64,000 nucleotides of DNA, taken from IMG/VR virus record IMGVR_UViG_3300034072_001395, positions 1-64,000 of that record. The stretch is one strand, 5' to 3'. The position numbers and the translations under genes were made by a program. This document shows positions 54,756-63,093 of the stretch, piece after piece. Within the stretch, counting starts at the first letter, position 1, and each line of letters starts with the position of its first letter. Source of the stretch: a virus. The notes beneath the pieces were generated by a model. It saw only the letters and a list, made by a program, of their open reading frames with translations. It was not told the DNA's origin and did not search any database.

Positions 54756-54792
54756 GGACCGCCGGGTAGCTTATCGAGCTATTCGACGGTCC
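54756..54792 (+). other. Intergenic long hairpin H1
   Basis: 16-bp stem with two G-U pairs and one mismatch. Confidence 0.65.
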
Positions 54793-54862
54793 GCCCGGCC
54801 CGCCCGGCCGACACGGGTGCGCAATACCGCGCACCCTCCCCTGTAGATACTGGAGTGTCGCC

Positions 54863-55072
54863 ATGTCCGGTAAGGCTTTCAAGCGCGCGATCCGCGCGGC
54901 GGTCAACGTCACCCGCGAGAACATCGCCTATGAGGCGGAGCAGGCCGAACACGCGGCCCGTTGCGCGCAGTCTCGCGCGGACATGGACGAGGCCCGGCGG
55001 GCTGCGGCCTTCGACGCTTCGGCCGAATGGCGCGCGGAGAACGCCGTGCGAGACTTCTACTACTTCGCCTGA
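54863..55072 (+). CDS. Early hypothetical protein (69 aa)
   Basis: GGAG RBS. Confidence 0.7.
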   Translation: MSGKAFKRAIRAAVNVTRENIAYEAEQAEHAARCAQSRADMDEARRAAAFDASAEWRAENAVRDFYYFA

Positions 55073-55095
55073 CCCTTGCGCCCCTGGTGCGGGCG

Positions 55096-55138
55096 CCCCT
55101 TGACCGGCCGGTCTGTTCCGGTCGGCCGGTCAACGGGC
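55096..55138 (+). other. Intergenic long hairpin H2
   Basis: TTGACCGGCCG / CGGCCGGTCAA perfect 11-bp core, extendable. Confidence 0.65.
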
Positions 55139-55198
55139 TATCGCGCCCATGCTGAACACTCGTTCAGGCCAGACCGACCTGGCCTAAAGGATGCTGCT

Positions 55199-55522
55199 AT
55201 GTCTCGCTTCGGCCGCAAGCCCTCCCCCCTGCTCACGCTCCCCCGCCCGCCGACGCCCTACCCGGAGCAGTCTTTCATCACGCTGGACGGTCGCGCCGTC
55301 TGGCACACGACGGTCGAGGCGCCGTGGTCCGGCCGCACGGCCAGCGGCTACGGCGCCCGGATCCCCACGTCTCGCGCCGTCTTCGACGGGCACCGCTGGC
55401 GGCGCGTCAAGGTCGCTGTGTGGTCGAATAGCGGATCGCCCTATGTCGGGCGAGACCTCCGCTCCGGGCGCAGCGTCGGCGGCTTCTTTGTCGCCGGTGA
55501 TCCCGGCTACCTCGCCCCGTAG
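55199..55522 (+). CDS. Conserved phage early protein
   Basis: TASGYG..IPT...RWRRV....SNSG..Y motif that I recall from other phage early regions; AAGGA RBS. Confidence 0.7.
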   Translation: MSRFGRKPSPLLTLPRPPTPYPEQSFITLDGRAVWHTTVEAPWSGRTASGYGARIPTSRAVFDGHRWRRVKVAVWSNSGSPYVGRDLRSGRSVGGFFVAGDPGYLAP

Positions 55523-55558
55523 GGGCGTCCCCGCTCCCCCCTTCGGGGGGCCCCGCGC

Positions 55559-55600
55559 TTGACGTAGCGGCCGGGTTTGTGCGCTCGCCTGCTACGTCAA
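55559..55600 (+). other. Intergenic long hairpin H3
   Basis: TTGACGTAGC / GCTACGTCAA core. Confidence 0.65.
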
Positions 55601-55664
55601 CCCCGGCGCCCGCCGGCTGCAAGGGCCGTCGCCCTTGCCCCTCACACTGTATGGAGTGTCCACA

Positions 55665-56090
55665 ATGCGCGGATCTGTCGCTTCCCTCCTCGTTACCTTC
55701 AATCGCATGACCGCCAGCCGGCCGGATCTCCGCGCCGCGGACGTGGTCAAGACCCTCGTCGACCGCCTGCCCCACGGGTCCGGCTTCGACGCCCCGCCGA
55801 CGGTCGAGATCCGCCCCGCCCGCCGCAAGGGCGCCCCGCCTGAGCTGCGGATCGCGGTCCCCTTTCACCGGATGAACGATGCCGGGTTCTACGTGGGATG
55901 GGTCGAGTACCGGATCGCCGTCTACCCCGCGTGGGACGGCGGGATCGACCTGACGATCCGGGGGCCCGACGCTGACGGGTTGCGGGAGTATGTCGAGACC
56001 ACGTACTTCAACACTTTGAGCGAACCCGCTGACGCTGACTACATCCCGGGCGAGGGCTGGCGCCTGCTGCCCCTCCCCGCCGACGGGTAG
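55665..56090 (+). CDS. Conserved phage early protein (LPHGSGFD motif)
   Basis: GGAGTGTCCACAATG start context; FH.MND.G.Y.GW motif. Confidence 0.7.
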   Translation: MRGSVASLLVTFNRMTASRPDLRAADVVKTLVDRLPHGSGFDAPPTVEIRPARRKGAPPELRIAVPFHRMNDAGFYVGWVEYRIAVYPAWDGGIDLTIRGPDADGLREYVETTYFNTLSEPADADYIPGEGWRLLPLPADG

Positions 56091-56136
56091 CCCGCCCGCC
56101 GGCTGCCCCGCCCTGCCCCTCCCGGGGGCCCCGAGC

Positions 56137-56171
56137 TTACCCGCCGGTCCGACCTTCGGATCGACGGGTAA
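56137..56171 (+). other. Intergenic long hairpin H4
   Basis: 16-bp stem TTACCCGCCGGTCCGA / TCGGATCGACGGGTAA; flanks shared with H3. Confidence 0.65.
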
Positions 56172-56213
56172 CCCCGGCGCCCCGCCGGACCCGCCCACCT
56201 ATGGAGATATCCC

Positions 56214-56438
56214 ATGCCCTCCCCGATCCGCTTTGACGTGTACCGCTCCGATCGCCACGGGCCCGCCCTCGCCGCTGACGGTTGGCCCGATGTCACCCGC
56301 GCCCGCGCCGCCCGCGCCCGCCGGCTGAGCTACGCGCGCGCCGTCAAGGTCGACCGTGCGATCGCCGCGGCCGCCGGCGCCGTGGCCGTCGGGGCTGAGC
56401 TTCCCCGCCGGGCCGGCCGCCGGGGCGATCGGATCTGA
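56214..56438 (+). CDS. Early basic hypothetical protein (74 aa)
   Basis: GGAG RBS. Confidence 0.6.
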   Translation: MPSPIRFDVYRSDRHGPALAADGWPDVTRARAARARRLSYARAVKVDRAIAAAAGAVAVGAELPRRAGRRGDRI

Positions 56439-56457
56439 GGATCTTTCGGCCGGACGC

Positions 56458-56486
56458 TTGACGGTATCCGGCCGATAGAGTAAGAT
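56458..56486 (+). promoter_or_regulatory. Early promoter TTGACG-17-TAAGAT
   Basis: Near-consensus; shares CGCTTGACGGTATCCGGC with the 58603 promoter. Confidence 0.75.
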
Positions 56487-56569
56487 AGCAACGTAACCCG
56501 GGCGCTCCGCCGCCCCCCTCCCCTCCCCGCCGCCGGCCGGTCTGCCGGCACCCCGTAGGAGTGTCCACA

Positions 56570-56941
56570 ATGCCCCGCAAGCCCGACCCCCGCGCCGCCG
56601 TCGCGCGGATCCTCAACGCCCCCCGCCGCCACACCGATCACATCATGGGCGTGGTCGACGGGAAGATCGCCGTCATCGCCCGCCTGACGTGGTCGCTCCC
56701 GAAGGACGGCATGGGCCCGCTCCGGGTCGCCGTCTGGAGCTGGGGCCCCGACGGGGGCGCCGCGTGCGACGGGCCTCAGGTCGGCAGCGCCTCCGGGTGC
56801 GGCTACGATAAGGAGACCGCCGCCCTCACCGGCTTGACGATCGGGGGCGTGGAGCTGGGCGATCACTGCGACCACCGCGGCCGCCCCCGGCTGGAGACCG
56901 TCTGCAACGAGCGCGGGTGGTGCTGGGTCCGCGGCCGATAG
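56570..56941 (+). CDS. Conserved phage early protein (ASGCGYDK.TAAL motif)
   Basis: GGAGTGTCCACAATG start context. Confidence 0.7.
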   Translation: MPRKPDPRAAVARILNAPRRHTDHIMGVVDGKIAVIARLTWSLPKDGMGPLRVAVWSWGPDGGAACDGPQVGSASGCGYDKETAALTGLTIGGVELGDHCDHRGRPRLETVCNERGWCWVRGR

Positions 56942-57093
56942 CAGTTACCCACGGCGAACGGCGCCCGCCGACAAACGGCGCCGGCACGGTCTGTATCGGA
57001 GGTCTGCCGCGTGGTGCGGCGACCGCCGGTGTAGTCCGCCCCGCGGCTGTACGATGCCGCATAGGTCCGGGGTATGGGCCGGGAGAGAGATTG

Positions 57094-57498
57094 ATGGATG
57101 ACCGCCGCCCTGTTTGGGGCCTGTACGCGCACCACGTCGCCGCCCACCCGCGCGGATACTGGCCGGAACACGTCGAGGTCCTGCTCGTGGACCGCGCCTT
57201 CAACGGCGGCGGCGTCATGGACGCATGCGCCGCGTTCTACGCCGACCCGACGACGGGCAAGGCTCAGGGGGACCCGACGGATCCGGGGGAGTGTTCCGCC
57301 GCCGAACGTCCCTACACCGTCCATGACGGCACGATCGATGACGCCGGCATCCTGACCCCCGGCCCCGCCTTCCGCCCGCTCCCCCTCCCCCCGTCCGTCC
57401 GCCGGGCGCGCGACTGGCCCACCGCCATGCGCGCCGCGACCGGGAAGCGGACCCTGCCCCGCCTGCTCCGCGCCGCGCGGGAGGTGACCCGTGCCTGA
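57094..57498 (+). CDS. Early hypothetical protein
   Basis: GGAG RBS; overlaps the next gene. Confidence 0.6.
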   Translation: MDDRRPVWGLYAHHVAAHPRGYWPEHVEVLLVDRAFNGGGVMDACAAFYADPTTGKAQGDPTDPGECSAAERPYTVHDGTIDDAGILTPGPAFRPLPLPPSVRRARDWPTAMRAATGKRTLPRLLRAAREVTRA

Positions 57499-57862
57499 GT
57501 TCTACGTCATCCGCTACACTGAGCGATACCCCGCTCCCCCCGATGACGCCGACGACGCCGACGACGGGTGCCCGGATCCCGAGGTCGACGGGCCGGAAGA
57601 GATCCCGATCGACCTCGACGAGCTGGACCTCGACGATGCCGACGGCTTCCGCGACGCCGTGCGCGAGGTCGGCCGCGCCGTCGACGTGTGCGGCGAGCCG
57701 TCCTGCCTGCCGCTCCCGGCCGGGGATCTGGACCACGTCTGGGTCACGGGTGAGGGGAGCATGGACCCCCGCACGGGCGAGACTGAGCGCCCCAGCTTCC
57801 ACCGCGGCACCGTCCCCGGCCCTTTGTGGGCCGCCTTCCTCCGCCACCGCTTTGTCAAGTGA
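57491..57862 (+). CDS. Acidic early hypothetical protein (123 aa)
   Basis: GGAGG RBS; Asp-rich. Confidence 0.65.
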   Translation: MPEFYVIRYTERYPAPPDDADDADDGCPDPEVDGPEEIPIDLDELDLDDADGFRDAVREVGRAVDVCGEPSCLPLPAGDLDHVWVTGEGSMDPRTGETERPSFHRGTVPGPLWAAFLRHRFVK

Positions 57863-57873
57863 GGACATTCACC

Positions 57874-58107
57874 ATGCTGAACCCCGATGATCTGACCTTG
57901 CGCAAGGGCGCCGTCAGCGTTGACCTCTACTGCGGCGATCGCGTGATCGCGCGTGACCTGCTCGACACGGCGGCCGCGGAAGACGCCGTGTTTGACGCCC
58001 TCGTCTCGGCCGGCATGACGCGCGGGCCAGCAAGCACCGCCGCCCGTCGGCGGGTGCGAGACGAGGAGGCGCGCCTGACCGCGCTGTACCCGCCGCCCGC
58101 CGAGTAG
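57874..58107 (+). CDS. Early hypothetical protein
   Basis: GAGGA RBS. Confidence 0.65.
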   Translation: MLNPDDLTLRKGAVSVDLYCGDRVIARDLLDTAAAEDAVFDALVSAGMTRGPASTAARRRVRDEEARLTALYPPPAE

Positions 58108-58232
58108 CCCCCACCGCGCCCGCCTCGCCCCCTCCCCCACGCCGGGGGAGGGCGTGACACCGGCCCCTCTCCCCTCCCTCTCCCCGTGCGAGGGGGGCCG
58201 CTTTCACGCCCTCGCCTATCTGGAGTGCCCCT

Positions 58233-58583
58233 ATGCCCTCGCCTGGCTTTACCTGCCCCTCCCCCGTCGCCCGCGCCGCGCTTCGGCGCTGGCTCGCCGC
58301 CCTCCCCGCCGGCCGCCGCGCCCGGCTCGACGCCGACGATCTGCCGGGCTGGTACGATGCCGATCTTGGGGAGCTGCTCGCCGGCTGGCCGGACGGCGGC
58401 GCCCTTCGGACCTGCCCCGCGTGCCGGGGCACGGGCTGGGCCGTGGCGGGCGCCGTGGCGGGCGAGGTCGGCGGTGAGGTCTGCCCGATCTGCGACGGTG
58501 AGCGGGTGCAGGTCTACACCGGGTCTGACGCCGTGATCTTGGGGATCACTGAGGCCGATCGGGCCGCCGCGCTGGCCGACTGA
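58233..58583 (+). CDS. Protein with a DnaJ-type CxxCxGxG zinc finger
   Basis: CPACRGTG...CPICDG. Confidence 0.7.
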   Translation: MPSPGFTCPSPVARAALRRWLAALPAGRRARLDADDLPGWYDADLGELLAGWPDGGALRTCPACRGTGWAVAGAVAGEVGGEVCPICDGERVQVYTGSDAVILGITEADRAAALAD

Positions 58584-58602
58584 GATTGTTTGCGGGTATC
58601 GC

Positions 58603-58631
58603 TTGACGGTATCCGGCTGGAATGATAAGTA
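58603..58631 (+). promoter_or_regulatory. Early promoter TTGACG-17-TAAGTA
   Basis: Duplicate of the 56458 promoter upstream half; TG extension. Confidence 0.65.
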
Positions 58632-58683
58632 AACAGTGTCCCCCGCCGGCCGCAACGCCGGCCACCTGAGAGGAGAGACCGCC

Positions 58684-58956
58684 ATGACGTATGCGATGAT
58701 CCATATCCCCGGCGACTGCCGCACCCCCACGGGGCGCCTCGCGCCGGCCGCCCGGAAGCGCATCGTGCGCGCCCTCGCCCGCCGCTGGGGCGCGAACCCC
58801 ACCACCGGCGCGCACCTCGTCGGGGTGCGCAACGGGACCGTGACCGTGGCGTGCTCGGACTTCCACGCCGGGCAGGGATACAACCTGCGCGACGCGCTGG
58901 AGGCCGTCACGGTCGCCGCCCTCGCCGGCGGCCGGCGGGAGGTGTCCGATGTCTGA
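58684..58956 (+). CDS. Early hypothetical protein
   Basis: GAGGAG RBS. Confidence 0.65.
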   Translation: MTYAMIHIPGDCRTPTGRLAPAARKRIVRALARRWGANPTTGAHLVGVRNGTVTVACSDFHAGQGYNLRDALEAVTVAALAGGRREVSDV

Positions 58957-59278
58957 GGTCACCCTGACGGTTTACGACGCGGGCCGCCCCTGGATCTTGC
59001 GGGTTGTCCCGCAGGGCGGCCGCTACGGCCTCGACGACTGCCTGACGTGGGATGATCCGTCGCCCCTCGTGGAGTTCTACGATGCGCGCGGCATCGACCG
59101 CTTCGGCCCGCGCGGTCAGTTCGCCAGCCGCTACCGGCTGGCGGAGCTGGCCGGCCACGAGGGCGGCCTGCTCCTGCACGGCGGCGTGCCGGAATGGTCC
59201 GTGTCCGCCGAGACCGTGAGCATCGCCGTGGGCCTCGCCCGCAACGTGGCTGAGGGCCTGGAGGTGGCCGATGTCTGA
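58949..59278 (+). CDS. Conserved phage early protein (VEFYD...GQF.SRY motif)
   Basis: Motif that I recall from other phages; flanked on both sides by GGAGGTG(T/G)CCGATGTCTGAG. Confidence 0.75.
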   Translation: MSEVTLTVYDAGRPWILRVVPQGGRYGLDDCLTWDDPSPLVEFYDARGIDRFGPRGQFASRYRLAELAGHEGGLLLHGGVPEWSVSAETVSIAVGLARNVAEGLEVADV

Positions 59279-59516
59279 GCCGTACAACCGCCCGTGTGAC
59301 CCGGGCTTCAACCCCCGCCTGCCCCACGTCGTCCGGGTCGACGCCCGCTGCTACGTCGTCGCGCGGCAGGATCCTACCGACCCCCGCGTCTGGTGCGCGA
59401 ACGCGGGGAAGTACGGCACGGCGTACGGCCGACTGCCCGACCTCCCCACGCTGGCCGGCGTGCGCGTCTTCCGGTGCGCGCCGCCCGCGCAACGCTACCT
59501 CGACGGGGGCTTGTGA
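59271..59516 (+). CDS. Early hypothetical protein (81 aa)
   Basis: GGAGG RBS; coupled. Confidence 0.65.
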   Translation: MSEPYNRPCDPGFNPRLPHVVRVDARCYVVARQDPTDPRVWCANAGKYGTAYGRLPDLPTLAGVRVFRCAPPAQRYLDGGL

Positions 59517-59929
59517 TGCCTGCGACCCTGCCTGACCGACTGCGCTTCACGCGCTACGCCGACGCCCGGCACGCCGTCGACACCGCCGCCGACGTGCGGG
59601 ATGTCGCGGATGGCCTGGCCGAAGACTTCGGCCTGCTCGTCGAGGCCCTCGACGACTTGGCCGACGAGGTCGAGGCCGTCCGCAAGGAGGGTGACGACGC
59701 CGTCGCCGCCGTCGAGGCGAAGTACGCCGACGCGGCGGCCGCCGTCAAGGCTGCCGAGGAGCCGCTTCAGCGGCAGATCGCGGACCTCGAACACGAGCTG
59801 CGCCGGACGCTGACCCGTCGTAACGATCTCCTGCGCCGTCTGGCGAAGGAGGTCAAGGCCGCCCGAAAGGACCCGACGCTCTGCCTCGATCGCATCGACG
59901 CGATCCTGGCAACCCACCTCGCCGGCTGA
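59516..59929 (+). CDS. Coiled-coil hypothetical protein
   Basis: TGATG coupling; heptad pattern. Confidence 0.7.
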   Translation: MPATLPDRLRFTRYADARHAVDTAADVRDVADGLAEDFGLLVEALDDLADEVEAVRKEGDDAVAAVEAKYADAAAAVKAAEEPLQRQIADLEHELRRTLTRRNDLLRRLAKEVKAARKDPTLCLDRIDAILATHLAG

Positions 59930-59942
59930 GAGGCCCCCCGCC

Positions 59943-60278
59943 ATGACCACCGTGCCACCCACCGCGCCCCTCGTCCTCCCCTTCGCCGCCGTCGACGCTG
60001 ACGGGGTGCCGCACTTCGGCACGGTCACGGTCACGGGGCTGCGCCGCCTCCCGATGATCGCCCTGGTCGGGGTGCCCGACCCTCGGACTGCCCGCGACCT
60101 CATCGATCTGGCTTTCGCTGGGGCGCGCCTGAGCCGCCCGCGGTGGCGCCTCGTGGTCGAAGTCGACGTGCCGGGCGCTGACGAGCGCACCGTGGCGCGC
60201 ATGGGCCCCGGCATCCATGCGGCCGTGACGATGAGCTTGATGGTTTACGCCGCCCGGTGCGGTCTGGTTGTTGAGTAA
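59943..60278 (+). CDS. Stand-alone ComM/YifB (ChlI-like) N-terminal domain-like protein
   Basis: LPMIALVGVPD...RDLIDLAF.GA.L..P.WRLVV resembles ComM LP...IVGLPD...R.RV..AL...G...P..RITV. Confidence 0.5.
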   Translation: MTTVPPTAPLVLPFAAVDADGVPHFGTVTVTGLRRLPMIALVGVPDPRTARDLIDLAFAGARLSRPRWRLVVEVDVPGADERTVARMGPGIHAAVTMSLMVYAARCGLVVE

Positions 60279-60281
60279 CCC

Positions 60282-60310
60282 TTGCGCCTGTCGTATGGCC
60301 GAGATACTGT
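60282..60310 (+). promoter_or_regulatory. Promoter TTGCGC-17-TACTGT
   Basis: AT-rich intergenic patch with correct spacing. Confidence 0.55.
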
Positions 60311-60399
60311 ATAGAGAGACATCGAGCCCGCCGGTCGGCCACGTCGACCCGCGCGCCCGGTGCCTCTGCCGGACCTGACCGCCTGAACTTGGAGCCCAC

Positions 60400-60693
60400 A
60401 TGCCCACCACCCGTCACGACTTCTTCCCCCCTCCGGCCATCGACCAGGACGTGCGGGCCATCCGCAGCGCCCTCGCCATCGCATACGGCGGGGCATCGCA
60501 GTACGGGCCCGCGGTGTTCGGGGCCTGCATCTTTGGCCACCAGAACAACGGCGGCATCCTGAGCGCGTACCCGCCGGCCGAGGTGGCCGCGGAGTTCGGC
60601 CGACAGGAGGCCGAGCAGTTTGAGGCGCTCGACGCTGCCGTCGAGGCCGCCGTCGTGCTGCAGGCCGTGCAGGCCCTTTGGGGGCAGGTGTGA
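60400..60693 (+). CDS. Hypothetical protein (97 aa)
   Basis: GGAG RBS. Confidence 0.65.
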   Translation: MPTTRHDFFPPPAIDQDVRAIRSALAIAYGGASQYGPAVFGACIFGHQNNGGILSAYPPAEVAAEFGRQEAEQFEALDAAVEAAVVLQAVQALWGQV

Positions 60694-60763
60694 GCGCCTG
60701 GACCTTCGCCGCCGACGCGGCCCTCACCACCGCCCACGCCTCCTCTCACCTCTGGAGCCTGCA

Positions 60764-61375
60764 ATGAATGACCCGACCTTCCTGCACTGGAACATTCACC
60801 TTGCCGTCGCGGGCGCGCTTTCCGTCGCCAGCCTCAACCTCGCGGGCCCCGCTCGTGACGGCGAGAAGCCCACGCATGCTTTCGTTCGCCGCATGCTCCC
60901 GCAACTCCGCCGGGCCTACGGAAGCCTGGTCAACATCAGCGGCGTGGAGGCCCTCATCGAGCCGTGGAACGTCCTCGGCTGCGAGATCGCAACCCGCATG
61001 GGCTGGATCGATGCCAGCGCGTTTGTGAACTTCCGGTCGGTGCGGCACACCCAGGAGGGCCACGACATCTCGCGTGCGACGGAGATCCTCTACAAGTGGG
61101 CGCTTCGCGGCTACCCTGCTGGCTGGGTGGTGCCTCCGGCCAAGGAGCCCTTCTACTGGATCCGCATCGCCGATGTCCGGTTCGCGCTCAAGTTCACCCT
61201 CGGGCAGCACGACCCGCGGCCCATCACCTGCGCCATCCTCCCCGAGGAGGCCATGGTTCCGTGGCCGGTGGCCGGCCAGCCCGCGCCCGCCGAGGCAGCC
61301 TACGCCGTCCGCTACCACGCGCGCCCCGAGGACACGCGGCAGGCCGTCAAGGATCTTTCCGGGGAGGACTGGTAG
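60764..61375 (+). CDS. Hypothetical protein (203 aa)
   Basis: GGAG RBS; MNDPTFLHWN. Confidence 0.7.
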   Translation: MNDPTFLHWNIHLAVAGALSVASLNLAGPARDGEKPTHAFVRRMLPQLRRAYGSLVNISGVEALIEPWNVLGCEIATRMGWIDASAFVNFRSVRHTQEGHDISRATEILYKWALRGYPAGWVVPPAKEPFYWIRIADVRFALKFTLGQHDPRPITCAILPEEAMVPWPVAGQPAPAEAAYAVRYHARPEDTRQAVKDLSGEDW

Positions 61376-61648
61376 ATGCCCGTCTACAACGTCTCACGCT
61401 ACCGCCCCGGCCCCAACGCCACGCCGCAGCCCGGCCTCATCGAGCGCGCAGTCATCGTCTCGGAGCGCGGCCTGCCCCCCGAAACGCCCGGCACGCTGTT
61501 CTTCTGCGACACGGCGGTCGCCGTTCGGGCCGCTGGCCTCGGCCGGAAGGACGTGGCGGGCGAGCAACTCGGCTGGGTCCTGCGCGACGACGCCCCTGCG
61601 TTTGCGCCCCCGCCGCCGACCTGGGCGGACCTCACCCGCATCCCGTGA
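61376..61648 (+). CDS. Hypothetical protein (90 aa)
   Basis: GGAGG RBS; abuts the previous stop. Confidence 0.65.
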   Translation: MPVYNVSRYRPGPNATPQPGLIERAVIVSERGLPPETPGTLFFCDTAVAVRAAGLGRKDVAGEQLGWVLRDDAPAFAPPPPTWADLTRIP

Positions 61649-61658
61649 TGGAGCACCC

Positions 61659-61910
61659 GTGACTTCCCCTGGGACCCTCTCCACCCTCACCCTCCGCCGC
61701 TCCGCCCTCCGAGGCGCCCGTGGCGTTGGCCGCCTGGCCCGGCTGCGCCCCCTCGACCTGGGCCGCTGGCTCCTCGTGGTGCCGGCCACCGCCCGCGTCG
61801 GGCGCATCCACCGGCTCCGCCTGATCGCCGAGGACTACATGCCCGGCGACCTGTCGGACACCTTCACCCTGGTCCCGGGCCATCGCCGGCCCGACCTCCT
61901 CCCCTTCTGA
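61659..61910 (+). CDS. Basic hypothetical protein
   Basis: GGAG RBS; GTG start. Confidence 0.55.
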   Translation: MTSPGTLSTLTLRRSALRGARGVGRLARLRPLDLGRWLLVVPATARVGRIHRLRLIAEDYMPGDLSDTFTLVPGHRRPDLLPF

Positions 61911-61918
61911 GGCCCCGC

Positions 61919-62254
61919 ATGACTGACCCCTCCCCTCCGCCGATGTCCGCCCGCCCGTGGGGGCTGGATGACGACCGGCTCCGCGAGCTGGTCGCCACCA
62001 GCACGGCCGCGACGTTCGATGTCGAGGCCATCGCCGCTGACCTCGGCCGCACGGTGTCCGCCGTGCGGATGCGGATGTCCTCCCTCGGCATCCCCTCACC
62101 CCGCCCGCAGGGCAAGCCGCGGAGCGTGGTGTCCTTCTCGGACCCCACCCTGTACGCGAAGCTCCAGGCGCATGGCGATCCGGGCGAGGTTGCCAAGTCC
62201 ATCATCACCGACTACTTCGCTGCGCAGGAGGCCGCCCGTGTCCACGATCGCTGA
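61919..62254 (+). CDS. Myb-like HTH + ribbon-helix-helix-like DNA-binding protein
   Basis: W..DDD.L.EL...IAADLGRT.SAVR.R...LG; C-terminal SVVSFSD..LY.KL....EV.K.II.DYF. Confidence 0.65.
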   Translation: MTDPSPPPMSARPWGLDDDRLRELVATSTAATFDVEAIAADLGRTVSAVRMRMSSLGIPSPRPQGKPRSVVSFSDPTLYAKLQAHGDPGEVAKSIITDYFAAQEAARVHDR

Positions 62255-62411
62255 CCAGTCCGCCACAGCGGCGGCGCTGCTGATGCTCGCCGCCGCCATC
62301 AACCTCCTCCTCGGCGTGACGCTTCACGTCGACCACCTGCTCGCCGCCCTGGCGTGCAGCACCATCTCCGCCCTGGCTCTCACCGTCCACGTCCTCACCC
62401 GGAGCGTCTGA
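62238..62411 (+). CDS. Small two-TM membrane protein
   Basis: GGAGG RBS; hydrophobic. Confidence 0.55.
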   Translation: MSTIADQSATAAALLMLAAAINLLLGVTLHVDHLLAALACSTISALALTVHVLTRSV

Positions 62412-62413
62412 CT

Positions 62414-62704
62414 ATGCCCATCACCGCAAACGGAACGCCCACGTTCAACGTCGGCCGCCTGCCCTTCACCCCGAGCCTGCGCGTCGAGCCCGACACCGAC
62501 GGCGACAAGTGCGCCCTGGTGGTCGGCAACTGCATCGACCCCATGGGCGCCTGGGGGGAGTGGTACGTCACGGACACGCCCGCCTACTCCTACAAGGAGC
62601 TGGAGGGCCTGCTCGCCGAGGCCGTCGTGCGCGGCGACCTCGACACCGCCCAGCGCGACGCGCTGCTGACCCAGGCGCATGGCGTCTGGAAGGTGGTCGC
62701 ATGA
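62414..62704 (+). CDS. Hypothetical protein
   Basis: GGAG RBS; MPITANG. Confidence 0.65.
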   Translation: MPITANGTPTFNVGRLPFTPSLRVEPDTDGDKCALVVGNCIDPMGAWGEWYVTDTPAYSYKELEGLLAEAVVRGDLDTAQRDALLTQAHGVWKVVA

Positions 62705-63093
62705 GCGCGCGTGTGATGGGTATTCTGAATGCCCGGCCGGCGACGGCCTTCGAGAAGAGCCAGATCGACAAGCTGATCGTCCTCGTCCGTGAGGAGGAGG
62801 GCATCAAGGTCGAGCTGTTCGAGGACCGTATCGCCCTTCTCACTGAGGACGACGACACCCTGGCGTGCGCTGCGGATCGCCTCTCACTCTGCATCGAGTT
62901 CACCGGCAGCGCCCTGTCGTGGCCGAACATCACGGGGGAGTGGCGCTATCGGGAGGACGACACGCGCTGCCGCGTTGACGAGATGGTCCGCTACGCCTAC
63001 GGCAAAGAGGCCCAGGCCATCGCCAACCTCACCGGCGTCGCCATCACGGACGACTGCACCGGCGCCGTCTACCGCCCCGAGGAGATCAACTGA
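62701..63093 (+). CDS. Hypothetical protein
   Basis: ATGA / TGATG coupling. Confidence 0.65.
   Translation: MSARVMGILNARPATAFEKSQIDKLIVLVREEEGIKVELFEDRIALLTEDDDTLACAADRLSLCIEFTGSALSWPNITGEWRYREDDTRCRVDEMVRYAYGKEAQAIANLTGVAITDDCTGAVYRPEEIN

Noticed and set aside
54683-56213. Intergenic hairpins as integron attC sites, CRISPR repeats or intrinsic terminators
   Set aside because: No RYYYAAC...GTTRRRY order and no integrase; no constant repeat-spacer period; no U-tracts
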